In this document: positions 10,008 through 18,223 of the stretch, piece by piece
Numbering within the stretch: the first letter of the stretch is position 1
Layout: each line of letters starts with the position of its first letter
Assembly: GCA_963848435.1 (NCBI GenBank)
Contig: CAWKDQ010000011.1
Span: forward strand, 580,418 to 644,417
Direction of reading: 5' to 3'
Source: an uncultured Conexibacteraceae bacterium
Lineage (GTDB): Bacteria; Actinomycetota; Thermoleophilia; Solirubrobacterales; Solirubrobacteraceae
DNA length: 64,000 nt
Position numbers and translations under genes: made by a program
Notes under the pieces: model-generated
What the model was told of the DNA's origin: nothing
The model's database searches: none
Seen by the model: only the letters and a program-made list of their open reading frames with translations

Positions 10008-10257
10008 GCCAACGATCACTCGCCCGCCGCCGGTCTCGTCGAGCGTGCCCTCGAGCAGGTCGTGCGCGTGCGCGCGTGCGTCGCGGCAGGCGGACGCGGG
10101 TGGGGTCAGCGCCGTTGAGACGGGATCGGCGAGGGCGGCAATCAGCCGGATCGCGGAGTTGATATCGCGCTCGCCACGCCCGCTCGAGCGGATGTCCAGT
10201 CTCGGTGTCCCATCACGTCCTACGAGTAGGAACATCCACAAGACGGAGGTTGCACAG

Positions 10258-10476
10258 ATGTCGTTCGTGTCATTCATGAGAAGCGGCGCAGGGCGTGGTG
10301 TTCGGATCCTCGCCGGCGCAGCGCTGATCGTCGCGGGGATCGCGATCGGCGGTACCGGCGGGACGATCCTCGCGATCGTCGGCGTCGTCCCCCTGGCGGC
10401 GGGAGCGTTCAACGTCTGCCTGTTCGCACCGTTGTTCGGCCTTGACTTCGTGGGCCGCAAGCGCGCGGCCAGCTGA
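10258..10476 (+). CDS. DUF2892 (YgaP-type) small membrane protein
   Basis: ATG at 10258 follows GACGGAGG. Two hydrophobic helices (ILAGAALIVAGIAIGG...VVPLAAGAFNVCLFAPLFG). Confidence 0.7.
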   Translation: MSFVSFMRSGAGRGVRILAGAALIVAGIAIGGTGGTILAIVGVVPLAAGAFNVCLFAPLFGLDFVGRKRAAS

Positions 10477-10503
10477 GCCGAGGCGTGTCGGATGGGCGGG
10501 CCA

Positions 10504-10968
10504 TCACTCCGCGCCCGGTCGTCTCGAGTCGATGTCGAGATGCCGGGCGAGGAACTCTCTCTGCTCATCATGCATGTTCTCGGGTAGCTTCGCGAACCAC
10601 CCGCAGCCCGGTGGCAGATTGCGCTCGTCTGGCAGGTCGGCGATCGCTGGCTGCGCCCGGAACGCGAGGCCGACCGGCGAGTCGAGCCCGTTGTCGTAGT
10701 GGCTGGGGTATTCGATGTAACCGAGCAGCTCCTCGACGCTCACCGTCAACCCGAGCTCGTCCAGCGCGACCCGCTTCACGGCGTCGGTGGCCGGCTCGCC
10801 GAACCGCACGGTCCCGCCGGGGAGATGCCAAAGCCCCTTGCACGGGCCGAAGTCCCGGAGCGCGAGCAGGACTCCGCGATCGTTGGAGGCGATCACGACC
10901 TCGACGGTCAGTCGCGGAACCCGGCTGAAGATCCGGTCGAACTCGTGTTGAGGCAGCGGCTCGGTCAA
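10504..10968 (-). CDS. NUDIX hydrolase
   Basis: Nudix box GGTVRFGEPATDAVKRVALDELG. The proposed TTG start at 10968 overlaps the stop of the upstream rhodanese gene (TTGA). Confidence 0.75.
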   Translation of the reverse strand: MTEPLPQHEFDRIFSRVPRLTVEVVIASNDRGVLLALRDFGPCKGLWHLPGGTVRFGEPATDAVKRVALDELGLTVSVEELLGYIEYPSHYDNGLDSPVGLAFRAQPAIADLPDERNLPPGCGWFAKLPENMHDEQREFLARHLDIDSRRPGAE

Positions 10969-11273
10969 CGGGCGGCGGGGCGGTCGATCGGGAGGCCGGC
11001 GGCTTGCCAGGCAGGCCAGCCGCCGGCGACCTCGGCGGCACCGCGCCATGCAGTGAGCTTCGAGCGGTTGGCGTGCTGGCAGAGGTAGATCGTGTTCGCC
11101 GCACCCGGCCAGGCGATGTGCCGGGTCAACGACACCCGCCGCGTGCCGGGCGGCGATCCATAGCGGCGCCGCTCGAGCTCGGTCCGCAGATCAAGCAGTC
11201 GCGCTTCGCCGCGCCCAACCTGTTCCCAGACCTGCTCGGGTGTGAGGCTCCGGACGCGCCGTACCGGTCTCAC
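10965..11273 (-). CDS. Single-domain rhodanese (sulfurtransferase)
   Basis: Active-site loop CQHANRS. Proposed GTG start at 11273. The rest of ORF 10965..11666 overlaps arsR out of frame. Confidence 0.7.
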   Translation of the reverse strand: MRPVRRVRSLTPEQVWEQVGRGEARLLDLRTELERRRYGSPPGTRRVSLTRHIAWPGAANTIYLCQHANRSKLTAWRGAAEVAGGWPAWQAAGLPIDRPAAR

Positions 11274-11287
11274 GTCGTCGGATGACC

Positions 11288-11644
11288 CTATTGGCCAGGG
11301 GCGCGCTGGAGCAGCGCGTCGAGCTCGTCGAGTTGTCGGCGGACGCCGCCGCAGACCTGTTCGCAGAGCTCGAAGACACCTTCGTCCGCGATTGAGTAGC
11401 GGGTGTGGTTGCCGTCCTTGGTGCGGGTGACCATGCCGGCGCTGTGGAGGATCCCGAGGTGCTTTGAGATGTTCTGCTGGCTGGCGTCGAGCGCGGTTTG
11501 GAGCTCGCCGACAGTCGCGTCGCCGTCGCGTAGCCGGTCGAGGAGTTTGATCCGCATCGGCTCGGCGAGTACCCGGAAGCGTTGCGCGATCAGGTCGACG
11601 AGTGGGTCCGCGAGCGGATGCTGGAACTGTCGTTGATCTGGCAT
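11288..11644 (-). CDS. ArsR/SmtB-family transcriptional regulator (candidate persulfide or metal sensor)
   Basis: Winged-HTH signature LAEPMRIKLLDRL...VGELQTALDASQQNISKHLGILHSAGMV. Cys pair CEQVC near the C-terminus. Confidence 0.85.
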   Translation of the reverse strand: MPDQRQFQHPLADPLVDLIAQRFRVLAEPMRIKLLDRLRDGDATVGELQTALDASQQNISKHLGILHSAGMVTRTKDGNHTRYSIADEGVFELCEQVCGGVRRQLDELDALLQRAPGQ

Positions 11645-11656
11645 CGACCGATCCTA

Positions 11657-11683
11657 GCACAAGCACACAGTTGTACAGGTGCT
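11657..11683. promoter_or_regulatory. Candidate ArsR-family operator, site 1 (arsR / rhodanese-like divergent intergenic region)
   Basis: gcacaagcacacagttgtacaggtgct shares 21 of 27 positions with 12159..12185 (core ACAA-N8-TTGT). It fills most of the 51-bp gap between the divergent start codons. Confidence 0.45.
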
Positions 11684-11695
11684 ACGGTGGTGGGC

Positions 11696-12025
11696 ATGAT
11701 CGCGGACCTCCCTCGGCTTGCACGACGCGCCCATCCCGAGCCTGTTCCGCGCCCGGTTGCGGACGAGCGCGGGATCTTCGCCGTCGACGCGACCTGGGGC
11801 GTGATCCAGCCGCTCAGCCTCGCGCCCGATGTCCAGACCGTGGGGGAGCTCAGCACGGTCGACCCGACGGTCGTGTTCTGCAACGGGCCGCGGTGCCCCG
11901 CGACCGCGGACGCGATCGAGGCGCTGCTCGCTGCGGGCTGGCCGTCCGAGCGGCTGCTGTATTACCGCGGCGGGATCCATGACTGGGTCACGCTCGGCCT
12001 GCCCCTCGCCGCGCCAGCGAGCTGA
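11696..12025 (+). CDS. Rhodanese-like domain protein (short)
   Basis: VVFCNGPRCPATADAIEALLAAGW...YYRGGIHDWVTLGLP. ATG at 11696. Confidence 0.6.
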   Translation: MIADLPRLARRAHPEPVPRPVADERGIFAVDATWGVIQPLSLAPDVQTVGELSTVDPTVVFCNGPRCPATADAIEALLAAGWPSERLLYYRGGIHDWVTLGLPLAAPAS

Positions 12026-12124
12026 AAACCGCCCGCGCGGCAGAGCTGACAGCGCCTCCGGAGGCTTGAAGTCGCGTCACCCCGGGAGAGCGAAAGCGAC
12101 CTGCACAACTACACCGACGTGGAG

Positions 12125-12153
12125 TTGACAGGAGTTGAACGACGAGCTATCCT
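12125..12153 (+). promoter_or_regulatory. Candidate sigma-70-type promoter of the sqr operon
   Basis: TTGACA (12125..12130), 17-nt spacer, TATCCT (12148..12153). Operator site 2 starts 6 nt downstream. Confidence 0.35.
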
Positions 12154-12158
12154 ACATT

Positions 12159-12185
12159 GCACAAACGTACAGTTGTGTAGATGCA
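12159..12185. promoter_or_regulatory. Candidate ArsR-family operator, site 2 (upstream of sqr)
   Basis: gcacaaacgtacagttgtgtagatgca matches site 1 at 21 of 27 positions. Confidence 0.45.
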
Positions 12186-12274
12186 TGCCCGATCGAAATC
12201 CCTCACAAGCCAGCCCAACGACCTACCCAGCGCGTCCTGACCGACGTGCGGCGGCGTAGGGCAAGGAGAGAGAC

Positions 12275-13501
12275 ATGTCCAGTTCTGAGCGCAAGCGTGT
12301 CGTGATTATCGGGTCGAGCTTCGCGGGGTTGACCGCGGCGTTCGAGCTGAAGAAGAAAGTGGGCGATCGTCACGAGATCGTGGTGCTCGATCCGCGCCCG
12401 GACTTCACGTTCATACCGTCACTGATCTGGCTGCCGTTCGGTGGCCGCCAAGCGAAGGACGTGACCTTCCCGCTCTCGCCGGTGTATGCCCGCAAGGGGA
12501 TCCGCTTCATCAACCAGTCCGCTGAGAATATCGACCCGGCCGCGCACACCGTGACGACGAGCTCCGGCGAGAAGCTCTCCTATGACCGGCTGTTCATCGG
12601 GACCGGTCCGCGGCTAGCGTTCGAGAAAGTCCCCGGCCTCGGACCGCACGACGGGCACACGCAATCGGTCTGCAACCTCGAGCACGCGCTCCTCGCCCGC
12701 GATGAGTGGGACCGGTTCCTGAAAAACCCCGGGCCGGTCGTGATCGGAACCGCGCAGGGCGGGTCGTGCTTCGGCGCGTCCTACGAGTTTATGTTCAACG
12801 CGCACCACCAGATCAAGAAGGCCGGCCTGCAGGACGTCGCGCCGGTGACGTTCATCACCGCCGAGCCGTTCCTCGGCCACTTCGGCCTCGGTGGCGTCGG
12901 GAACTCCGAGCAGATGATCAACCGCTTCTTCGACAAGCTCGGAATTCAGGGGCGGCCGAACACCGTCATCAAGGAAGCACGGCAGGGCGAGATCGAGCTC
13001 GACGACGGCACGGTCCTTCCAGCCGCGTACTCGATGATCGTCCCGCCATTCACCGGCGTCGATGCCGTTCGCAATACCGAGGGTCTCGGCAACCCGATGG
13101 GGTTCATCCCGGTCGATGAGCAGTTCCGCCACACCCAGTTCCCCGACATCTTCGCCGCGGGGGTCGCGATTGCGATCGCGCCGCCGGAGCCGACGCCGGT
13201 CCCGGCAGGGGTGCCGAAGACGGGGCAGATGACCGAGACGATGGCCAAAGTCGCAGTGCACAACATCGCCGCGGACATCGACGGATCAGACCGGCATCTG
13301 CTCCCGATCGGCGACCTCGATGCGATGTGCATCCTCGACGCTGGCGACAACGGCGTGATCTTCAAGGCCAGCCACGTGCTGTCGGCCAACGGTGAGGCCA
13401 AGCACGCGCACGTGATGGCCGGACCGCAGGCACATTGGGCGAAGGTCGCGTTCGAGCACGTCTTCATCGGCAGCCGCAAACGCGGCGTCCTCGCCCTCTG
13501 A
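12275..13501 (+). CDS. sqr: Sulfide:quinone oxidoreductase
   Basis: VVIIGSSFAGLTAA Rossmann motif. Redox Cys contexts GGSCFGASYEF and MCILDAGDNG are typical of SQR. Confidence 0.88.
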   Translation: MSSSERKRVVIIGSSFAGLTAAFELKKKVGDRHEIVVLDPRPDFTFIPSLIWLPFGGRQAKDVTFPLSPVYARKGIRFINQSAENIDPAAHTVTTSSGEKLSYDRLFIGTGPRLAFEKVPGLGPHDGHTQSVCNLEHALLARDEWDRFLKNPGPVVIGTAQGGSCFGASYEFMFNAHHQIKKAGLQDVAPVTFITAEPFLGHFGLGGVGNSEQMINRFFDKLGIQGRPNTVIKEARQGEIELDDGTVLPAAYSMIVPPFTGVDAVRNTEGLGNPMGFIPVDEQFRHTQFPDIFAAGVAIAIAPPEPTPVPAGVPKTGQMTETMAKVAVHNIAADIDGSDRHLLPIGDLDAMCILDAGDNGVIFKASHVLSANGEAKHAHVMAGPQAHWAKVAFEHVFIGSRKRGVLAL

Positions 13502-13527
13502 GAACCCTGAACCCACCCCAGAAACCC

Positions 13528-13890
13528 ATGAGCAACATCGAAACCCTGACCCAACACACCCTCACCGACGCCCTCAGGCAGCCCGGAATCCTCGTGATCG
13601 ACTTCTGGGCCCAGTGGTGCGGACCGTGCCGCGCGATGGCACCGCAATTCGAGCACGCCGCGCAACTCCGACCGGACGACCGGTTCGCGAAGGTCAACGT
13701 CGACCAACAGCCGGCCGTCGCGACCGCCTTCCAGATCCGCTCGATCCCGACGCTCGTCGTGATCAACGACGGCGAGGTCATCGGCGCCAGCCCCGGTGTG
13801 ATCGGTGCCGAGCAGCTGGTCGGCGCGCTTGACCAGCTCGCCGCGACACCCGAACCCGAGAGCGTGCTCCGGGAAGGAGCAGCCCGATGA
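13528..13890 (+). CDS. Thioredoxin
   Basis: WAQWCGPCRAMAP active site. ATG at 13528. Confidence 0.85.
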   Translation: MSNIETLTQHTLTDALRQPGILVIDFWAQWCGPCRAMAPQFEHAAQLRPDDRFAKVNVDQQPAVATAFQIRSIPTLVVINDGEVIGASPGVIGAEQLVGALDQLAATPEPESVLREGAAR

Positions 13891-14180
13891 ACAGCCAAAC
13901 TCAATCCTCGTCGCGTTGGCCGCTGGAGCGCGTGCTGTTCGCGCTCGCCGGCACGATGACCCTGATCGCGGCAGCACTCGGCGCGTTCGTCTCGAAATGG
14001 TTTCTGCTGCTGGCGGCCCTCGTCGGCGTGAACCAATGGCTGTACGTCGTGTTCGGTGCCTGTCCGGCGTCGGTCGTGCTGCGCCGCACGTGCCGGCTGC
14101 GCTCGGCGATCTATCCCAACCCCATTGACAACCGCGAGCCCGCGGCGAGGCGCCCAGCTCGTGAGGAGGTGACGGTCTGA
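13887..14180 (+). CDS. DUF2892 (YgaP-type) membrane protein, second copy
   Basis: ERVLFALAGTMTLIAAALG...LLAALVGVNQWLYVVFGACP. ATGA overlap with trx. Confidence 0.7.
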   Translation: MNSQTQSSSRWPLERVLFALAGTMTLIAAALGAFVSKWFLLLAALVGVNQWLYVVFGACPASVVLRRTCRLRSAIYPNPIDNREPAARRPAREEVTV

Positions 14181-16342
14181 TGGCCGTACTCGACACCAAG
14201 ACGCCGCCGCAGGGGGCAGCCGGCCCGGATCGTCCGGCCGTGAACGTCGGCCCGATCGGCCGTCTCGGCCATTACACCGCGACCCACTTCCGGGTCGTCC
14301 TGACGGCGTGGCTGCTGATCGCGGTCGTGCTCGGGTTCTTCGCCCCGCGGGTCGAGACCGCCCTCTCGGGCGCCGGGTGGGAGACCACCGGCTCGCAATC
14401 GGTCCAGGCGCGGCAGTTGATCGATAAGAACTTCAAGGGACTGTCGAGCTACGGCCTGATGACCGTCATCTACTCGCCGACGAAGACCGTCAGCAACCCG
14501 ACGTTCCAGGCGGCCGTTGCGAGCGTCAAGCGGACGCTGCGCGCCGACGCTGCGGTCAGCACCGTGATCCCGCCCGCCGCGGGCGTGTCGATCTCGCGTG
14601 ACGGGCACACCGCGATCGTGCAGGCCGGCGCCGCGCGTGATTCCAACGCGATGGTCGTCGCAGCAGACCGGTTGAAGGGCAAGCTGTCCGCGCTGTCGAC
14701 TGCCGGGGTGCAGGTTCACCTGACCGGCGCCTCAGCGATGTGGTCTGACTTCAACGCGGCGAACCGCTCAGCGATGCTGAAGTCCGAGGTGATCTCGTGG
14801 CCGGTGACGCTGCTGATCCTGCTGCTCGCGTTCGGGTCGCTTGTCGCGGCCGGGCTTCCGTTGATGCTGACGATGGTCGGGCTGATGGCCGCCGCCGGGT
14901 CGCTCTATCTGACCACGAAGATCATGCCGGTCTCGATCTGGGCGATGAACTTCGCGCTGATGTTCGCGCTCGCCTTGGGGATCGACTACGCCCTGTTCAT
15001 CGTGCACCGCTTCCGCGGCGCATTCTTCGGCTCACACCTCACAGCCGAGGAGGCCACGGCCGTCACAATGGACACCGCAGGCAAAGCAGTCCTCTTCTCA
15101 GGCGTCACGGTGCTCATCTCGTTGAGCGCGGTGATGCTCGTCCCGAGCCCCGCATTCCGGTCGATGAGCCTCGGAATCATGCTCGCGGTCCTGTTCGTGC
15201 TCGCCGCGACCCTGACGCTCCTTCCGGCCGTGCTCGCGAAGCTCGGCCCCAGGGTCGACAAGCTCGCGCTGCCATGGGCACACTCCGGCGAGCACCGCTC
15301 GGCGAAGTTTGCGGCGTGGGGTGAACGCCTCTGGAAGCGGCCGCTCGCGTACGGGGCGATCGCGCTCGCGATCCTCGTCGCCCTCGCGATCCCGGTAACC
15401 CAGTTGAAGACCGCGATGCCGTCGATCAAGGTCGTCCCGACCTCCGACAGCTCACGGATCGGCTACGGGCAGGTACAGGCCGCGTTCGGCCCGGGCTCGA
15501 CCGGCCCGCTGCAGATCGTCGTCCCGGCAGCGCTCGCCGTGCAGGCGCTCCGAGTCACTGCGCACGATTCAGGGGTCAGGTCGGTCATGCCGGTCCAGAC
15601 GTCCGGGGGCTACGCGCTGATCACCGCGATCCCCAAGCAGGACCCGTCCAACCCCGCCGTCGGCCAGACCATCGACCGCCTCCGCGCCGCGCTCCCAGTG
15701 GGATCGCTGATCGGCGGCGCGGTCGCCGAGAACCACGATCTCCAGAACGCGCTGTCGGCCAAGACCCCGCTCGTCATCGGCGTCGTGCTCGGCCTCGGGT
15801 TCCTGCTGCTGCTGATCGCGCTCCAAGCGCCGCTGCTGGCCGCAGTCGGCGTGCTCACCAACCTGCTCGCCACGGGCGCCGCGTTCGGCGTCGCCAAGCT
15901 CGTCTTCCAAAACGGCGACCTGCACTCGGTGCTCGGCTTCCAACCGCAAGGCTTCCTCGACGCGTGGGGACCGGTGTTCTTCTTCGCGATGATCTTCGCG
16001 ATCTCAATGGACTACACCGTGTTCCTGCTTTCAAGCGCCAAGGAACACTGGGACCGCACCCACGACCCCAAGGAAGCAATGATCGGCGGACTCGCACACT
16101 CCGGCCGGGTGATCTTCGCCGCCGGCGCAGTGATGGTGGCGGTGTTCTTCACGTTCGCCCTGTCGGGCCCGCTCCCGCCGAAGGAGATGGGCGTCATCCT
16201 CGGCGTTGCGGTGCTGCTGGACGCTGCCCTGGTCCGGCTGCTGCTGCTGCCGGTGCTGCTCCGGCTGATGGGCCGGCACGCCTGGTACCTGCCGCGCTGG
16301 GCGCGACGGATCCTCCCCAACATCACCTTCGGGCACGAATAA
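14180..16342 (+). CDS. MMPL-family (RND superfamily) membrane transporter
   Basis: 720 aa with two 6-TM blocks and conserved GIDYALFIVHRF / SMDYTVFLLS motifs. TGATG overlap with the upstream gene. Confidence 0.9.
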   Translation: MAVLDTKTPPQGAAGPDRPAVNVGPIGRLGHYTATHFRVVLTAWLLIAVVLGFFAPRVETALSGAGWETTGSQSVQARQLIDKNFKGLSSYGLMTVIYSPTKTVSNPTFQAAVASVKRTLRADAAVSTVIPPAAGVSISRDGHTAIVQAGAARDSNAMVVAADRLKGKLSALSTAGVQVHLTGASAMWSDFNAANRSAMLKSEVISWPVTLLILLLAFGSLVAAGLPLMLTMVGLMAAAGSLYLTTKIMPVSIWAMNFALMFALALGIDYALFIVHRFRGAFFGSHLTAEEATAVTMDTAGKAVLFSGVTVLISLSAVMLVPSPAFRSMSLGIMLAVLFVLAATLTLLPAVLAKLGPRVDKLALPWAHSGEHRSAKFAAWGERLWKRPLAYGAIALAILVALAIPVTQLKTAMPSIKVVPTSDSSRIGYGQVQAAFGPGSTGPLQIVVPAALAVQALRVTAHDSGVRSVMPVQTSGGYALITAIPKQDPSNPAVGQTIDRLRAALPVGSLIGGAVAENHDLQNALSAKTPLVIGVVLGLGFLLLLIALQAPLLAAVGVLTNLLATGAAFGVAKLVFQNGDLHSVLGFQPQGFLDAWGPVFFFAMIFAISMDYTVFLLSSAKEHWDRTHDPKEAMIGGLAHSGRVIFAAGAVMVAVFFTFALSGPLPPKEMGVILGVAVLLDAALVRLLLLPVLLRLMGRHAWYLPRWARRILPNITFGHE

Positions 16343-16358
16343 GACAAGGACGCGCACC

Positions 16359-16781
16359 ATGAGCTACACCGCCACCGCCCAACCGATCGACGGCACCCTC
16401 CGACACGAGATCAACGTCAACGGGCGCCACACGACCATCACCGACGAACCCGCCCGCCTCGGCGGCACCGACACGGCCCCAACACCGCACGAGCTGCTCG
16501 CCGCGATGCTCGCATCGTGCGTCTCGACGATGCTCGTGCTCTACGCCAAACCCAGGAACATCGATCTCGGCGATCTGCACGTCGAGGTCGAGTACGACGC
16601 CGACACGACCCCGAGACAAGTCGAGATCGCCATCCACCTCCCCGACCATCTCAGCGACGACCAGGTCAAGCGCCTCGAGAAGGTCGCCGAGACCTGCCCG
16701 GTGCGACGGGCGCTGGAAGCCGGCTTCACGTTCAACGAGCGACTCGTAACGACCCCGTCCCCGACGCACGTGGGCACCTAG
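16359..16781 (+). CDS. OsmC-family protein
   Basis: 140 aa: PHELLAAMLASCVS ... VAETCPVRRAL (the two OsmC Cys contexts). Confidence 0.8.
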   Translation: MSYTATAQPIDGTLRHEINVNGRHTTITDEPARLGGTDTAPTPHELLAAMLASCVSTMLVLYAKPRNIDLGDLHVEVEYDADTTPRQVEIAIHLPDHLSDDQVKRLEKVAETCPVRRALEAGFTFNERLVTTPSPTHVGT

Positions 16782-16977
16782 CCCGACCCCGACCCGGAGA
16801 CTGTCCGGCTGGGAGCGAGTCCGCTCGTGGCGTCGAACGCATCCAGTGCGGAGCGGCCACGATCTCGACATCGCCGTGGCCGTCTCGCGCTGGTGCTATC
16901 GGAGACACGCAGTCACAAAGACGTGATGCCTCTTAGCGGGTTGAGCTATCCTTACTTCTCTAACTCGGTAAGGAGAC

Positions 16978-17229
16978 GTGATGGACTCGAGCGCCAGGAT
17001 CACCTCGAAGGGGCAGGTCACCATCCCGAAGAGCGTCCGGGATGCGCTTGGGTTGCATGAAGGAGACGAACTCCTGTTCAGGGTCGAGCGCTCACGTGCC
17101 GTGGTGGCAAAAACACCGGACCTCCTCGACCTTGCGGGCAGCGTCGCGGTCCCTTCCGGGAAGCGTGGCACCCCGTGGGATGAGGTTCTGCGCCAGACGC
17201 GAGCTGCGCGCGTGGGGCGGCGACGCTGA
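16978..17229 (+). CDS. AbrB/MazE/SpoVT-type antitoxin (VapB-like)
   Basis: SARITSKGQVTIPKSVRDALGL motif. Confidence 0.75.
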   Translation: MMDSSARITSKGQVTIPKSVRDALGLHEGDELLFRVERSRAVVAKTPDLLDLAGSVAVPSGKRGTPWDEVLRQTRAARVGRRR

Positions 17230-17618
17230 CCGAGTTCCTGGACACCAACGTGCTGATCCGCCATCTGACCGGCGACCCGCCGAAGATGGCCGCCCGTGCT
17301 ACCAAGGCACTGGCAGGCTCGGTTGAACTGCTTCTCGCCGATCTGATCGTCGCTGAGTGCGTGTACGTGCTCGAGTCCTTCTATGAAGTTCCTCGCGAAC
17401 GTGTCGCCGAGCTGATGCGGGCGGCGATCGCGCTGCCGACGATCAAGACGCTCGACCCAGCGACCCTGCTCCGCGCGCTCGAGTTCTACGAAGTCGAGCG
17501 CCTCGACTTTGCCGAGGCCTATCTGGTCGCGCAGGCCGAAGCCACCGGCGTCGACATCATCCTGTCCTTCGACAAATCGATTGATCGCGTCAGCGCAGTC
17601 ACGCGACGCGAGCCCTGA
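17226..17618 (+). CDS. PIN-domain toxin (VapC-like); start codon unresolved
   Basis: LDTNVLIRHL (the first catalytic Asp) lies upstream of the first ATG/GTG/TTG at 17250. The frame is open from 17184, and the only plausible start is CTG at 17226, which overlaps the vapB stop. Confidence 0.7.
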   Translation: MTEFLDTNVLIRHLTGDPPKMAARATKALAGSVELLLADLIVAECVYVLESFYEVPRERVAELMRAAIALPTIKTLDPATLLRALEFYEVERLDFAEAYLVAQAEATGVDIILSFDKSIDRVSAVTRREP

Positions 17619-18140
17619 CAAGCCAAACCCACGCTTTCGCAGCCGCGCGGGCATCACGGCTACGCGAGCGAGAGACGTGCAACGCGCGGAAGCTGCGTAT
17701 CCGGTCGGCGGCCTCTGGCCGGTCGTCTTGATGACGGTCCCGGTTACGTTGGCTCTGAAGAGCGTCTCGGATCAGCCTCGCAGTTGACGCGCGCTGGTGA
17801 CCGCGGCGCTCCCGCTGAGGATCTCGCTTCGCTCGATCAGGTTGACGCGATCGCTGTGGCCACCGTCCTCGACGAGCGTGAAGTCCAAGATCGGAGCGGT
17901 GAGCAGGTACCACCTCGACCGTCGGGATCACCAACCCCGAGAAAGGCACAGACTGTACGCACCTGGTGCTTACGGCCCAGCCGATCCTGGGGTGAGGATG
18001 CCTCGGCCTTGCACGGCGTGGTCAGCGCTGACCGAGGCGTGTCCCGGAAATGTCCCGAACTGCGCAATTCTGACCTCACGGAACTGAAGAGAGCTGCGTC
18101 GAATCGCCCGTAGATACGGCAATTGCCCTGCTAGCGAGCA

Positions 18141-18188
18141 ACTTTTAATCCGAAGCGCCCCGGTTCGAGTCCGGGCGCCGGCACTGAA
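18141..18188. repeat. Direct repeat copy 2 (attR-like): displaced 3' part of tRNA-Lys
   Basis: Identical to 8373..8420. No 5' half of a tRNA lies upstream. Confidence 0.85.
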
Positions 18189-18223
18189 AGGGGTCAAAAT
18201 CAGGGGACGGTGAGCGTGGCGGC

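Larger units (their letters stand above)
8373..18188. mobile_element. About 9.8-kb tRNA-Lys-anchored genomic island with no recombinase gene (probably immobilised)
   Basis: Bounded by 48-bp perfect direct repeats that begin in the tRNA anticodon stem/loop. Contains accessory-type cargo, a TA module, one decayed gene copy and a truncated gene at the tRNA-proximal edge. Confidence 0.55.

Noticed and set aside
9729-10571. A 280-aa minus-strand ORF spanning the SQR remnant, the DUF2892 gene and the 3' end of the NUDIX gene.
   Set aside because: It is low-complexity, overlaps better-supported genes on both strands, and is meaningful only over the short Rossmann segment already assigned to the pseudogene.
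12121-12140. Tandem decamer ggagttgaca ggagttgaac as a repeat element.
   Set aside because: There are only two imperfect copies. It is more simply explained as part of the promoter region (it contains the TTGACA -35 box).
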